Sequence record: SRR20825006_1098
Reading direction: 5' to 3' (one strand)
DNA length: 32,672 bases
The notes under the pieces are model-generated. The model was not told the origin of the DNA. It searched no databases and saw only the letters and a program-made list of their open reading frames with translations. A program made the translations under genes and the position numbers. This document shows, piece by piece, positions 17,932 through 27,714 of the stretch (its first letter is position 1; each line of letters opens with the position of its first letter).

Positions 17932-18975
17932 ATGCGCTTTATAATTATTTTACTTACCATTTTTACATTTATATCTTGCCAGCAGAAAACTGAAATAGAA
18001 ATTAATTCTGTAAAAATAACAGCTGTTTTTAAAGATAGTCTTAGTATTCGTGCCATACAGCCATTAGATGAAAACCGAGTGTGGTTTGCTGCAGATAAAG
18101 GAAAGGTTGGCTTAATAGACGGCGATACACCGAAGCTTGCCGTAATAAAGTATGGGGATTCTTTGCTTCATTTTCGTTCAATAGCTACTATAAAAGAAGC
18201 GGTTTTTGTGTTAAGTATTGCAAACCCTGCAGTGCTTTATAAAATTGGTTTTAAAGGTACTGAAGCTACAAATATTGAAGAAGTTTATATTGAAAAAGGA
18301 GAAAATGTTTTTTATGATTCCTTGAAATTTTGGAATGAAAATGAAGGAATTGCTATTGGGGACCCCGTAGAAAACTGTATGTCTATCATAATTACCCGTG
18401 ATGGTGGAAATTCTTGGAAGAAAATTTCTTGCGAAAATTTACCAAAAGTTGAAAAAGGGGAGGCCGCTTTTGCAGCAAGTAATTCTAATATTGCAATTGT
18501 AGGTGATCACGCATGGGTTGCAACTGGGGGTAAAAAAGCCAGGGTCATGCATACAGCAGATAAAGGAAAAACTTGGGAGGTTTTTGATACGCCAATTATT
18601 CAAGGCAAAGCAATGACAGGAATTTATAGTATCGATTTTCTTGATGAAAATAATGGAATTATTTTCGGAGGAAATTGGGAAGACAAATCGTTTAATGAAG
18701 GCAATAAAGCAACCACAAAAGACGGTGGAAAAACATGGAAACTCATTGCAAATGGCAAAGAACCAGGATATAGATCATCCGTTAAATACATTCCAGGCAC
18801 AGAAGGGCAGGGGATTGTAGCTGTTGGATCGCCTGGAATGTCTTTTAGTGGCGATGGTGGAAAAACATGGAAAGAACTTTCAAAAGAAGGTTTTTTTGCT
18901 CTTGAATTTGTAAATGATAGCATTGCTTTTGCTTCAGGAAACAATAGAATTTCAAGATTGGTTTTTAGGAAATAA
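17932..18975 (+). CDS. BNR/Asp-box repeat beta-propeller lipoprotein (Ycf48-like)
   Basis: Lipobox FISC; repeated Asp-box motifs TRDGGNSW, TADKGKTW, TKDGGKTW and SGDGGKTW. Confidence 0.85.
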   Translation: MRFIIILLTIFTFISCQQKTEIEINSVKITAVFKDSLSIRAIQPLDENRVWFAADKGKVGLIDGDTPKLAVIKYGDSLLHFRSIATIKEAVFVLSIANPAVLYKIGFKGTEATNIEEVYIEKGENVFYDSLKFWNENEGIAIGDPVENCMSIIITRDGGNSWKKISCENLPKVEKGEAAFAASNSNIAIVGDHAWVATGGKKARVMHTADKGKTWEVFDTPIIQGKAMTGIYSIDFLDENNGIIFGGNWEDKSFNEGNKATTKDGGKTWKLIANGKEPGYRSSVKYIPGTEGQGIVAVGSPGMSFSGDGGKTWKELSKEGFFALEFVNDSIAFASGNNRISRLVFRK

Positions 18976-19044
18976 TTTTTTTAAATATTGAAACATATTG
19001 TATTATTACATCAATAAATAACCTTAACTATTTAAACCTCACTG

Positions 19045-19665
19045 ATGAAAATGTTTAAAATCACACTGCTTCTTCTTTCAATTATTTCACTAACAAGTTG
19101 TGCTTCAGGCTATAAAACAATACAGCCAAATACAATTAATTATCTTTCTGCAGATGTAGCTAACGATATTAAAATGGAGTATAAATATGATTTACTTCGT
19201 AAGAAATATGCTAAAAAGGAAGTAAAAAAAGGAATTAAGTTAGTTGCAATTAAAATTACCAATGATTCAGATAAAGATGTGATGTTTGGTCGCGATGTAA
19301 AACTGACATATGAGAATGGTAAGGAGATACATATTGTTGAAAATGATTTGGTTTTCACATCACTAAAGCAAAGTTCGGCCACTTACCTTTTATATCTTCT
19401 ATTAACTCCATTAAATTTTTCTACAACAAAAACATCAAGTAATGGGATACAGGAAACTACTTCATCATTTCCTGTAGGTTTATTTTTGGGCCCTGGAATT
19501 GCTGCGGGTAATATGATAGCTGCAAGTTCTGCCAATGCAAATTTTAAATCCGAATTATTAGTCTATAATATAAACGGCACGGTGATTAAAGCTGGCGAAT
19601 CTAAATATGGTTTGATTGGAATAAGAACGGACTCTTACGATGCTTTAAAAATAAAAGTAAAATAA
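19045..19665 (+). CDS. Hypothetical lipoprotein
   Basis: 206-aa ORF with lipobox LTSC and two internal hydrophobic/Gly-rich segments; no function recognised. Confidence 0.75.
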   Translation: MKMFKITLLLLSIISLTSCASGYKTIQPNTINYLSADVANDIKMEYKYDLLRKKYAKKEVKKGIKLVAIKITNDSDKDVMFGRDVKLTYENGKEIHIVENDLVFTSLKQSSATYLLYLLLTPLNFSTTKTSSNGIQETTSSFPVGLFLGPGIAAGNMIAASSANANFKSELLVYNINGTVIKAGESKYGLIGIRTDSYDALKIKVK

Positions 19666-19698
19666 AAACGCAGCTTTTCGTAATGAATCAATCCGTAT

Positions 19699-21405
19699 TT
19701 ATATTTCTTCGGAAGTAATTATGCCTGGATTAGGATCTTGCGGCAATAAAACTTGAAGTAATATTGCAATCCCCATTACCAACACACAACCAGCTACATT
19801 CAGCCATAAATAGGGCATTAGGTCAATATACCAGATGTAAAAAATAATTGCTTGTGTTATTAATGCTGCAATAAAAACCGCTTTACTTCGTACATATTTT
19901 ATAAAGAAAGCTAGTAGAAAAATTCCCAGCACATTTCCGTAGAAAATAGAACCAATAATATTGACTAATTGGATAAGGTTATCAAATAAATGTGCTGTAC
20001 AAGCAACACCTATTGCGATGACTCCCCATAAAAGCGTAAACCCTTTGGAAGCATTTACATAGTGTTTTTCTTGCTTACCGTGTACGTTTCTTTTGTATAA
20101 ATCTATAGCTGTGGTGCTTCCTAAAGCATTTAATTCTGAAGCAGTTGAAGACATAGCAGCACTTAAAATTACTGCCAAAAGTAAACCGATTAATCCCCGA
20201 GGAAGATTGGTTAAAATGAAATGTATAAAAACATAATCCTTATCGTTTGTTTCAGCATTTGGATTTGCTTTTTTAATCACAGCAACAGATTGTTCACGTA
20301 ATTCGTTTTCGGAAGCGTTTAGTTTTTTTATTTCTTGCGCATAGTTTTGCTTTTCAAGCTCACTTTCTGCTTTTGAGTAATCAATCTGGGTTTTTGCAAG
20401 CTCTTTGTCTATTGAAGCTTTTTTTACTTCTAATGCTTGGTACTCGCCTGCATACTCAGAATTTTTAACATCTTTTACAGCTGCAGGATTAAAATGAAGT
20501 GGCGAAGCATTAAACTGATAAAAAACAAAAACCATGATACCTACTAATAAAATGAAGAACTGCATCGGTACTTTTAGAAGCCCATTCATAATCAAACCCA
20601 TTTGGCTTTGCTTTACAGATCTTCCGGAAAGATAGCGTTGTACTTGGCTTTGGTCTGTTCCGAAGTAGGAGAGTGCTAAAAAACTTCCACCAATAATTCC
20701 ACTCCAAAAAGTGTAGCGATTATCAAAATCGAACGAGAAATCAAGAATATCCATTTTTCCATTCGCGCCAGCAATTTCTAGCGCTTTTGTAAAGGTAATA
20801 TCGAGAGGCAAATAGTTTAAAATTAGCATAAAAGCAATAAACATTCCGAAGAAAATAACTGCCATTTGCTGTTTTTGTGTTACACTCACAGCCTTGGTAC
20901 CACCACTTACAGTGTATATTATTACTAAAACACCGATGATAATATTTAAGTAAATTAAATTCCAACCTAATACTGCTGAAAGTATAATGGAAGGAGCAAA
21001 TATGGTAATTCCACAGGCGAGCCCACGTTGTATTAAAAAAAGTATTGCAGTTAGTGTTCGTGTTTTTTTATCGAACCGTGTTTCAAGATATTCATAAGCA
21101 GTGAAAACTTTCAGCTTATGATAAATAGGAATAAAAACTAGGCAAATAATTACCATCGCAATGGGTAATCCAAAATAGAACTGTACAAAGCCCATTCCGT
21201 CATGAAAAGCTTGTCCTGGTGTAGAAAGAAAGGTAATGGCACTGGCTTGCGTAGCCATAACACTTAGCCCAATGGTCCACCAATGTGCATTACTTCCACC
21301 TTTTAAATAATCGCCCACATCTTTTTGCTGGCGCGATTTCCAGGTGCCATAAAGAACGATAAAAAGAAGGGTTCCAATTAAAACAATCCAATCAATTTGC
21401 TGCAT
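19699..21405 (-). CDS. Sodium:solute symporter (SSS family)
   Basis: Many TM segments; motifs SVMATQASAITFLSTPG, GTDQSQVQRYL and AAMSSTASELNAL. Confidence 0.93.
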   Translation of the reverse strand: MQQIDWIVLIGTLLFIVLYGTWKSRQQKDVGDYLKGGSNAHWWTIGLSVMATQASAITFLSTPGQAFHDGMGFVQFYFGLPIAMVIICLVFIPIYHKLKVFTAYEYLETRFDKKTRTLTAILFLIQRGLACGITIFAPSIILSAVLGWNLIYLNIIIGVLVIIYTVSGGTKAVSVTQKQQMAVIFFGMFIAFMLILNYLPLDITFTKALEIAGANGKMDILDFSFDFDNRYTFWSGIIGGSFLALSYFGTDQSQVQRYLSGRSVKQSQMGLIMNGLLKVPMQFFILLVGIMVFVFYQFNASPLHFNPAAVKDVKNSEYAGEYQALEVKKASIDKELAKTQIDYSKAESELEKQNYAQEIKKLNASENELREQSVAVIKKANPNAETNDKDYVFIHFILTNLPRGLIGLLLAVILSAAMSSTASELNALGSTTAIDLYKRNVHGKQEKHYVNASKGFTLLWGVIAIGVACTAHLFDNLIQLVNIIGSIFYGNVLGIFLLAFFIKYVRSKAVFIAALITQAIIFYIWYIDLMPYLWLNVAGCVLVMGIAILLQVLLPQDPNPGIITSEEI

Positions 21406-21516
21406 TTAGGAGAAGTTTTGCATTAGTAGATAAAATAGCCAAATGTATACTGCGTTGAGTAAAAGAACCAGTGTGAACTTTGATTTCCAAACGAATTTTT
21501 GTTTTTCTTCTGTCAT
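21406..21516 (-). CDS. Small single-TM membrane protein (36 aa), candidate SSS accessory subunit; not in the ORF track
   Basis: Manual translation MTEEKQKFVWKSKFTLVLLLNAVYIWLFYLLMQNFS*. Its TAA directly abuts the symporter ATG, and its ATG lies 11 nt after the upstream gene's stop. Confidence 0.75.
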   Translation of the reverse strand: MTEEKQKFVWKSKFTLVLLLNAVYIWLFYLLMQNFS

Positions 21517-21527
21517 ATTTTCAAAAA

Positions 21528-24020
21528 TTAGTTGCCAATTGAAAGCATATTGGTAAAGAGTCTATAAGCTCCTGGAACTCCAGCTGGAAGTTCACGAAAA
21601 AAGCTCAATCCAGTATAAATATAATAGCCTTTCCCGTATTTAGCTACAAGTAAAGAGCCTTTAGTTTGAGCTTCATTTTTATCATTCATCCCTAGAATTG
21701 GTGTGAATTCCTTAGCCCATTCATTAGGAAAATATAAACCACGTTCCTGTACCCAACCTTCAAAATCTTTTTCAGTAATTTTATTCGGAGTATGTAGCAA
21801 TTGATTTTCTGGTGCAAGTATTTTTACTTCCGAAAATTCATCTGTAACACGCTCACGAGAAAGTTTTAGTGAATAAGGCGCAATATTTTCTGAAACCAAT
21901 CCACGACTGGTGTTGTACTGAACAATCATTGTTCCGCCATTTTCCACATATTTATTAAGAATAGGTTGCACAAAAGCGAGCTCAGGCACCGTGTTGTACG
22001 CACGAATTCCAATCACGATTGCATCATAAATTTGAAGGTTGTCTTCTTGAATTTTAGAAGGATCTATTGTAGTAACCGAATAGCCAATTTGCTTTAAACT
22101 CTCTGGAATTGCATCGCCAGCACCGTTAATGTAGCCAATATGTTCACCTTTTTTCTGAATATCAATTTTAGCAACTTTTGCTTCAGAAGGCAAAAGCACA
22201 CTTTGATAAGGTATGTGCTCATAATCAATGGTCACTAATTCCTTATTATAAACTTGCCCTTCAGCATTTACAATTGCTTTTAAATGTCCCTCACTTTGAC
22301 CATTTGGTGGTGTAACCGTAAAATTGAAAGATTGTGTTTCACCAGTTCTATTTAGTTGAAATTTTTGCTGCGTAGGTTCAACTTTCCAACCTTTTAGATG
22401 CTGTAGACTTACGTTTCCAGCTATGCTATCTTTTCCAGCGCGAACAATTACAGAAACATTTTTTGATGAATTATCAGCAAAAATCAATACTTTTTCAGGA
22501 ATAGACGCAGTAACTTCTGGAAGAACTTCCAGAGGTCGGTATACTTCCCCTTTTACTGGATCGTTGAACTTATAAATTACATTTTTTGTGAAAGGAATAG
22601 TAATATCTTCAAATTTAAGTTCAAAGACCAACTGCTCTAATGCTGGGGTTTCAGGGTAACCTATCAACTTTTCAGGCGCATCATACATTCCAAGCGTTCC
22701 TTTTTCATTTAGCCAATACGGTGAAGAATACGGTGGGTTTTGAACTTCCGAATTCAATGAAATTGCTATTTTTTTATCCTCGTTAAAGGGAAGTGTTTCT
22801 GGTTGATTCCAAATGATTTTTCCATCAGTTTTCTTGATTGAATTTAAAGTTACTTCGGTAGTTCCGCGATTAATAACTTCAATAGTTACATTAAAATCTT
22901 TTTTTGGATTGATAGCATTTTCTTCAGAAGCAGCTTCAATAAATATGCCGCCACAGTCTAAAATAAGCTGTTTTAACTGTTCAAGCTTTATAGAACGCCA
23001 ATGTGTATCCTCTAATTTTGAAACCAATGAATATGCTTTTATAAGCTCAGGAATTATTTCTGAAGGGTTTTTAAAGTTGAAATTATCTTCTAGTGGATTT
23101 AAAATTGAACCGATTTCTTTTCCGCCTTTAAGTCGTGACCAGTTGGTGTTTATTCCTTCAAAAAGATTATTTTCTGAAGGCATATTTCCTTTTAAAAGTT
23201 CCAAATATTCCGTTTCAATTCCGCGTGAACCAGTACTTCCAAAACCTTGAGATTTATGCATGCTTCGACTTAAAGAAGCTATTTCACCATTGGAAAGGCC
23301 GAGAGCAGGGAAGTAGCTTCCAGTTTGGACTGAAACTAAGTTTGATTTATCTGCTTTTTCAAAGTTTTCTTGACTTCCGTAAAACCACCAGGAGGTATTA
23401 AAAAGCAAACGTTGTGGTTTCCAAACACCGTATTCCGATGCAGATTTAGGGAATTTTGAAACATCATCAACCATATCAAAAGCATCAACGCTCAACATTG
23501 CTGAGGCAGTGTGGTGACCATGGGTGCTTCCAGGACTGCGGTGATTGAAACGGTTAATAATAATATCTGGTTTAAATTTTCGAATGGTTTGTACTACATC
23601 GCTTAAAACATTTTGACGGTTCCAAAACTCAAAAGTTTCATCAGGATTTTTGCTATAACCAAAATCATTTGCTCGCGAAAAAAATTGTTGCCCACCATCT
23701 GTTCTTCTTGCAGCTACAAGTTCTTGTGTACGAATTACACCTAAAAGTTCACGTAATTCAGGACCGATTAAATTTTGCCCACCATCTCCACGGGTTAGGG
23801 ATAAATAGGCTGTTTGGGCATGTACATCATTGACCAAATAACTAATTAATCGGGTGTTTTCATCGTCTGGATGCGCAGCAATATATAGTGCCGAACCTAC
23901 AAAATTGAGTTTTTGTAGTGAGTGGTAAATTTCAGATGCTGTTGGTTTTTTAGGAGTTTGAGCGGTGGCAACTATTGAAAATAAGAATAATAGAAGTTTA
24001 AAAAAAAATGATCTTTGCAT
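21528..24020 (-). CDS. Secreted PIG-L/LmbE family deacetylase with additional C-terminal domains
   Basis: Signal peptide ending ATA-Q; motifs AAHPDDE, LTRGDGGQN and THGHH; start placed at MQRSFF (24020) because the track's TTG lies inside a TATATTTG promoter element. Confidence 0.88.
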   Translation of the reverse strand: MQRSFFFKLLLFLFSIVATAQTPKKPTASEIYHSLQKLNFVGSALYIAAHPDDENTRLISYLVNDVHAQTAYLSLTRGDGGQNLIGPELRELLGVIRTQELVAARRTDGGQQFFSRANDFGYSKNPDETFEFWNRQNVLSDVVQTIRKFKPDIIINRFNHRSPGSTHGHHTASAMLSVDAFDMVDDVSKFPKSASEYGVWKPQRLLFNTSWWFYGSQENFEKADKSNLVSVQTGSYFPALGLSNGEIASLSRSMHKSQGFGSTGSRGIETEYLELLKGNMPSENNLFEGINTNWSRLKGGKEIGSILNPLEDNFNFKNPSEIIPELIKAYSLVSKLEDTHWRSIKLEQLKQLILDCGGIFIEAASEENAINPKKDFNVTIEVINRGTTEVTLNSIKKTDGKIIWNQPETLPFNEDKKIAISLNSEVQNPPYSSPYWLNEKGTLGMYDAPEKLIGYPETPALEQLVFELKFEDITIPFTKNVIYKFNDPVKGEVYRPLEVLPEVTASIPEKVLIFADNSSKNVSVIVRAGKDSIAGNVSLQHLKGWKVEPTQQKFQLNRTGETQSFNFTVTPPNGQSEGHLKAIVNAEGQVYNKELVTIDYEHIPYQSVLLPSEAKVAKIDIQKKGEHIGYINGAGDAIPESLKQIGYSVTTIDPSKIQEDNLQIYDAIVIGIRAYNTVPELAFVQPILNKYVENGGTMIVQYNTSRGLVSENIAPYSLKLSRERVTDEFSEVKILAPENQLLHTPNKITEKDFEGWVQERGLYFPNEWAKEFTPILGMNDKNEAQTKGSLLVAKYGKGYYIYTGLSFFRELPAGVPGAYRLFTNMLSIGN

Positions 24021-24050
24021 AAAATTATGTACTGGTATATTGAGACTTTT

Positions 24051-24058
24051 CAAATATA
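24051..24058 (-). promoter_or_regulatory. -7 promoter element for the deacetylase-small protein-SSS operon
   Basis: TATATTTG on the minus strand, 30 nt upstream of the ATG at 24020. Confidence 0.6.
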
Positions 24059-24072
24059 CTTATTTGTAAAAA

Positions 24073-24633
24073 TTAATCGTGTGGAAGCGCTTTCTTATTT
24101 TTATCTAATTCGTGTTGCTGTTCATAAAACTCTTCCGCTTTAACAATACTAACACCTTTTTGAAGCATCATACTGTTTGGATAGGTAACTATTTCGTTGT
24201 TGGTAGTGTGTAGGATGATGTGAAATGTTTTAATGTCTTCAATAATTCCTTCACAGGGAATTTCTTTATCATGAATTTTTATGTAATCGCCTATTTTATA
24301 AGGGAAAGTAAAAAACATAATAACACCACTAGTTATATTGCTGAGTATAGACCATTGCGCAAAAAAAGCAATACCTATTACCGCAAAAACGGAAGACATT
24401 ACTAGTCCAAGGTTTCTAAAATCTACGCCCCAAATAAGGATAAATCCTAAAACAACGATACTGAAAACAGCAAAGTCTACATGCTTCATAATTAAGCCTG
24501 TTCTGTGTTCTAGTCGTTCAATTTTCTTAGCAAAATTGCGTACTGTCCTTTTTAAAGTCAACCTAAGAATTATTAAAACTACAATAAGTATAGCAGATTC
24601 AATTAATTGTAATGAGTAGTCTTGTATATTCAT
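24073..24633 (-). CDS. Short MscS-family mechanosensitive channel
   Basis: Three TM helices followed by LSNITSG...PYKIGDYI and V.YPNS motifs; 186 aa. Confidence 0.85.
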   Translation of the reverse strand: MNIQDYSLQLIESAILIVVLIILRLTLKRTVRNFAKKIERLEHRTGLIMKHVDFAVFSIVVLGFILIWGVDFRNLGLVMSSVFAVIGIAFFAQWSILSNITSGVIMFFTFPYKIGDYIKIHDKEIPCEGIIEDIKTFHIILHTTNNEIVTYPNSMMLQKGVSIVKAEEFYEQQHELDKNKKALPHD

Positions 24634-24639
24634 AAAAAG

Positions 24640-25575
24640 CTATTTAAGTTCAAGTGAGTCTTGTAGGAAACTATGCTTGTTTTTATTTTCATTCCAGTAT
24701 GCACGACGCATTCGTTTCATTTTAACTGCTGTGGTTTTCAAATTTAATGTGTCGTTTTGATTTGTGGCATTTACTTCCTCCCACTTTTCAATTTCATATG
24801 GAAAAACACTATTGAAATAAACCATTAATTGCCGTTGTAAATCGGGATAATTGAGGGTGTAAATTGTAATAGAATCACCTTGTTTTAAACTCGCAAAGGC
24901 ATTGTGTTGTTTTACTTCTTTATGGTAAAGCCTTAAAAATTCAAACGAAGGAATAATCGAAACATCACCTGTTGGTAATTCTTCAGGATTTATTCGAATC
25001 AAATTCCAAAGTTCATTCTCCAGCCATGTTTTTGGCAAATTGAAATGTTGATCTGCATCTCCTTCAAAATATGAGTGACTTTTAACCTCAAATTCAGAGC
25101 GATTATTAAGTTGCATATAAACTTGTCCGCACCATTCCTGCACACTATTACTCACTTTTATTGCATGGGCTTTACTTGAAACCGGATTAAAAGTGCTCGT
25201 CATTATGGAGTATGGATAAATACCAGTGTTAAAATTTTTCATTTGGTTCAGTTTTAAAACTGAGGTGTTTTTTTCTGAAAAATTAGTAGCCTTAACTTGT
25301 TCTTTTGGTAAAAAATCTTCTGTTACAAAAATTGTTACAGCAGTACCTTGACGAATTTCGCCATAGCGTTCCTGTAAAAGATTGTAGGAAGTAATTTCCG
25401 CTTTGCCATCATACCAGTACTTTTTAAATTCTTCGGAATTAGCTCTGGGAATTACTTTTTGTATTTCTTCTTTATTTGTTGAAGTGATTTTGGAGCTGTT
25501 TTTTGTTTCAGAATTAGTGCAACTACTTAGGGCTAAAAGAAAAGTTGAAAGGGCAAGAAATTGCTGATAGTTCAT
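24640..25575 (-). CDS. Hypothetical lipoprotein
   Basis: Start placed at MNYQQFLALSTFLLALSSC (lipobox LSSC); motifs YWYDGKAEI, FVTEDF and QEWCGQ; function unknown. Confidence 0.75.
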   Translation of the reverse strand: MNYQQFLALSTFLLALSSCTNSETKNSSKITSTNKEEIQKVIPRANSEEFKKYWYDGKAEITSYNLLQERYGEIRQGTAVTIFVTEDFLPKEQVKATNFSEKNTSVLKLNQMKNFNTGIYPYSIMTSTFNPVSSKAHAIKVSNSVQEWCGQVYMQLNNRSEFEVKSHSYFEGDADQHFNLPKTWLENELWNLIRINPEELPTGDVSIIPSFEFLRLYHKEVKQHNAFASLKQGDSITIYTLNYPDLQRQLMVYFNSVFPYEIEKWEEVNATNQNDTLNLKTTAVKMKRMRRAYWNENKNKHSFLQDSLELK

Positions 25576-25609
25576 TTTTGGAGGATTTTCTTTCAAAAAT
25601 ACCACAATT

Positions 25610-26197
25610 TCAACGGTCGGCAATCTCAGTTAACGTTTTATAAACAAGTCGTGTGGGAAGCCCCATAACATTAAAATAACAACCTTCTATTTTTTGGATA
25701 CCAATGTAGCCAATCCATTCTTGAATACCGTAACTCCCCGCTTTATCAAAGGGTTTGTAGGTCTCTACATAGTATGTTATTTCTTCTTCTGAAAGATTTT
25801 TAAACCAGACTTTAGTTACATCGTTTCTTGTTTTTTGAAATTCCTTTGAAGTAAAACAAACAGAAGTGATTACCTCATGCATTTGTCCGCTTAAACTTTG
25901 AAGCATTTGTTTTGCTTCATCACTGTTTTTAGGTTTTCCAAGTGCTTTTTCGTCTTTCCAAACTATGGTATCACTCGTAATTAGAATATCATTTTGTTGC
26001 AAATCTGTAAAAACAGTAGCTTTAAGTTGCGACAGAAAATCTGTTATTTCTGCTCGTTTTAAATTTGAATTGTAAGTTTCTTCTACTTCCTTTACTTGAA
26101 TAGAAAAATTAAAATCTAATTCCTTAAAAAAAGCATGCCTTCTTGGTGAACCTGAGGCGAGGACAATGTTATAATTTTTTAATTTATCGCGAAGCAT
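25610..26197 (-). CDS. maf: Maf family nucleoside triphosphate pyrophosphatase (YhdE-like)
   Basis: Motifs LASGSPRR, SDTIV, LGKP, KAGSYGIQ and NVMGLP. Confidence 0.93.
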   Translation of the reverse strand: MLRDKLKNYNIVLASGSPRRHAFFKELDFNFSIQVKEVEETYNSNLKRAEITDFLSQLKATVFTDLQQNDILITSDTIVWKDEKALGKPKNSDEAKQMLQSLSGQMHEVITSVCFTSKEFQKTRNDVTKVWFKNLSEEEITYYVETYKPFDKAGSYGIQEWIGYIGIQKIEGCYFNVMGLPTRLVYKTLTEIADR

Positions 26198-26229
26198 AGT
26201 ACGTGAGATTTTCTTTTAAAAATGTTTTC

Positions 26230-27141
26230 CTACAAAACAGTGAATTGAAATAACGGTATAGAACAAATTCCTAAAAGCATTATTAATTTTAAAAGTTTTG
26301 ATAATTTCCCAAATTCACTTTTACTATTTGCCCCCCAAGCTTTTATGCAAAAAAAAAGCAATGGGCCAACTAGTGCTAATAGAAAATAGAGCATTAAAAA
26401 TTGTTTGTCGTATAAATATTCATACATATAAAATACAACTGCCAAAGTGATAAAAACCCCTAAAATGAAAACAGTTATAACAGTTCTTTTTCTTCCAATA
26501 GCTATTGCTAAAGTGTTCATTTCACCTTTTTTATCACCGTTAATGTCTTCTAAATCCTTTACAATTTCGCGGATAAAATTGATAAAAAAAGCAAATAATG
26601 AATAGTGTAAAACAATTTTAAAAATTGCCGATTGCGTAATTTGATTTTGGGCGTTTATTGCTGGAAGTATATCAAAAAGTGCCACAATTATTAAGCTCAT
26701 CGCTACCAAGGCAGAAATAACAATATTTCCAATTAAAAGCATTCCTTTTAAATAAGAAGCATATATGTAAAGCAAGGCAGAAAAAATAATAAACATGGCT
26801 GCAAACCCAGGTTTTCCGATACTGTTTGATAGATAAAAACCTATACCAACACCAACAACATTCAAAATTATAAAGAGACGATTTGCATTTCTTTCAGGAA
26901 TCTTTTTTCCAATCAATACTCTATTTGGCTTGTTAATTTTATCAATTTCAACATCATAAATATCATTAATAATGTTTCCAGCTGCAGCAATAGAAAGTGT
27001 TGCGATTACAAGTAAAATAAAGCCAAAGGTAGTTAGAGTAGTATCAATTCTGAAGGGGTGAAAGAGTCCGAATTTTATAAAAATTTGCACCAATGCTATA
27101 AAAAGCAAATTTTGATACCGTATGAGGTTTAAATAATTCAA
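26230..27141 (-). CDS. UbiA family prenyltransferase (DGGGP synthase-like); TTG start
   Basis: Asp-rich motifs NIINDIYDVEIDKINKPNR and REIVKDLEDINGD; multiple TM segments. Confidence 0.88.
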   Translation of the reverse strand: MNYLNLIRYQNLLFIALVQIFIKFGLFHPFRIDTTLTTFGFILLVIATLSIAAAGNIINDIYDVEIDKINKPNRVLIGKKIPERNANRLFIILNVVGVGIGFYLSNSIGKPGFAAMFIIFSALLYIYASYLKGMLLIGNIVISALVAMSLIIVALFDILPAINAQNQITQSAIFKIVLHYSLFAFFINFIREIVKDLEDINGDKKGEMNTLAIAIGRKRTVITVFILGVFITLAVVFYMYEYLYDKQFLMLYFLLALVGPLLFFCIKAWGANSKSEFGKLSKLLKLIMLLGICSIPLFQFTVL

Positions 27142-27180
27142 AATTGTGTCAAGTTTTCGATTTGGATTTGGATTTCACTT

Positions 27181-27714
27181 TTAGTCATATTTTGCACTTA
27201 CCCCACCAGTAATAATCCATTTTTCTTGAACTTTTAATACTTGTTCAATAACATCACGAACGCACCCTTTTCCACCTTTTTTATGAGAAACATATTTCGA
27301 AATTGCTTTAATTTCCTGCACCGCATCTTGCGGACAGGTAGGAAGACCAACTTCTTGCATTATTTCAAAATCAGGTAAATCATCTCCCATATACAGCATA
27401 TTTTCCCGTTTTAAATTATTGCTTTTCGCATATTCTTCTAGAATTTTTGTTTTTTGATGCGCCCCCAAAAAAATATCTTTTATCCCTAAATTTTGAAGTC
27501 GAACGCGAACACCTTCATTCGTTCCGCCAGAAATAATACAAACTTTATATCCTTGTTCCACAGCAGTTTTAAGTCCGTAACCGTCTTTAATATTCATGGT
27601 TCGGAACATTTCACCTTGCGTATTTACTTGTATTGTGCCGTCAGTTAAAACACCATCAATGTCAAAAATAAAGGCGGTAATGTGTTTTAAATATTCTTTA
27701 TAGCTTTTTTCCAT
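27181..27714 (-). CDS. kdsC: KdsC/YrbI family HAD phosphatase (KDO 8-phosphate phosphatase-like)
   Basis: Motifs FDIDGVLTDG, KDGYG, YMGDDLPD and GGKGCVRD. Confidence 0.85.
   Translation of the reverse strand: MEKSYKEYLKHITAFIFDIDGVLTDGTIQVNTQGEMFRTMNIKDGYGLKTAVEQGYKVCIISGGTNEGVRVRLQNLGIKDIFLGAHQKTKILEEYAKSNNLKRENMLYMGDDLPDFEIMQEVGLPTCPQDAVQEIKAISKYVSHKKGGKGCVRDVIEQVLKVQEKWIITGGVSAKYD

Noticed and set aside
27155-27178. Hexamer run TTTCGA-TTTGGA-TTTGGA-TTTCAC between kdsC and ubiA
   Set aside because: Short and degenerate with no partner; cannot be distinguished from chance.
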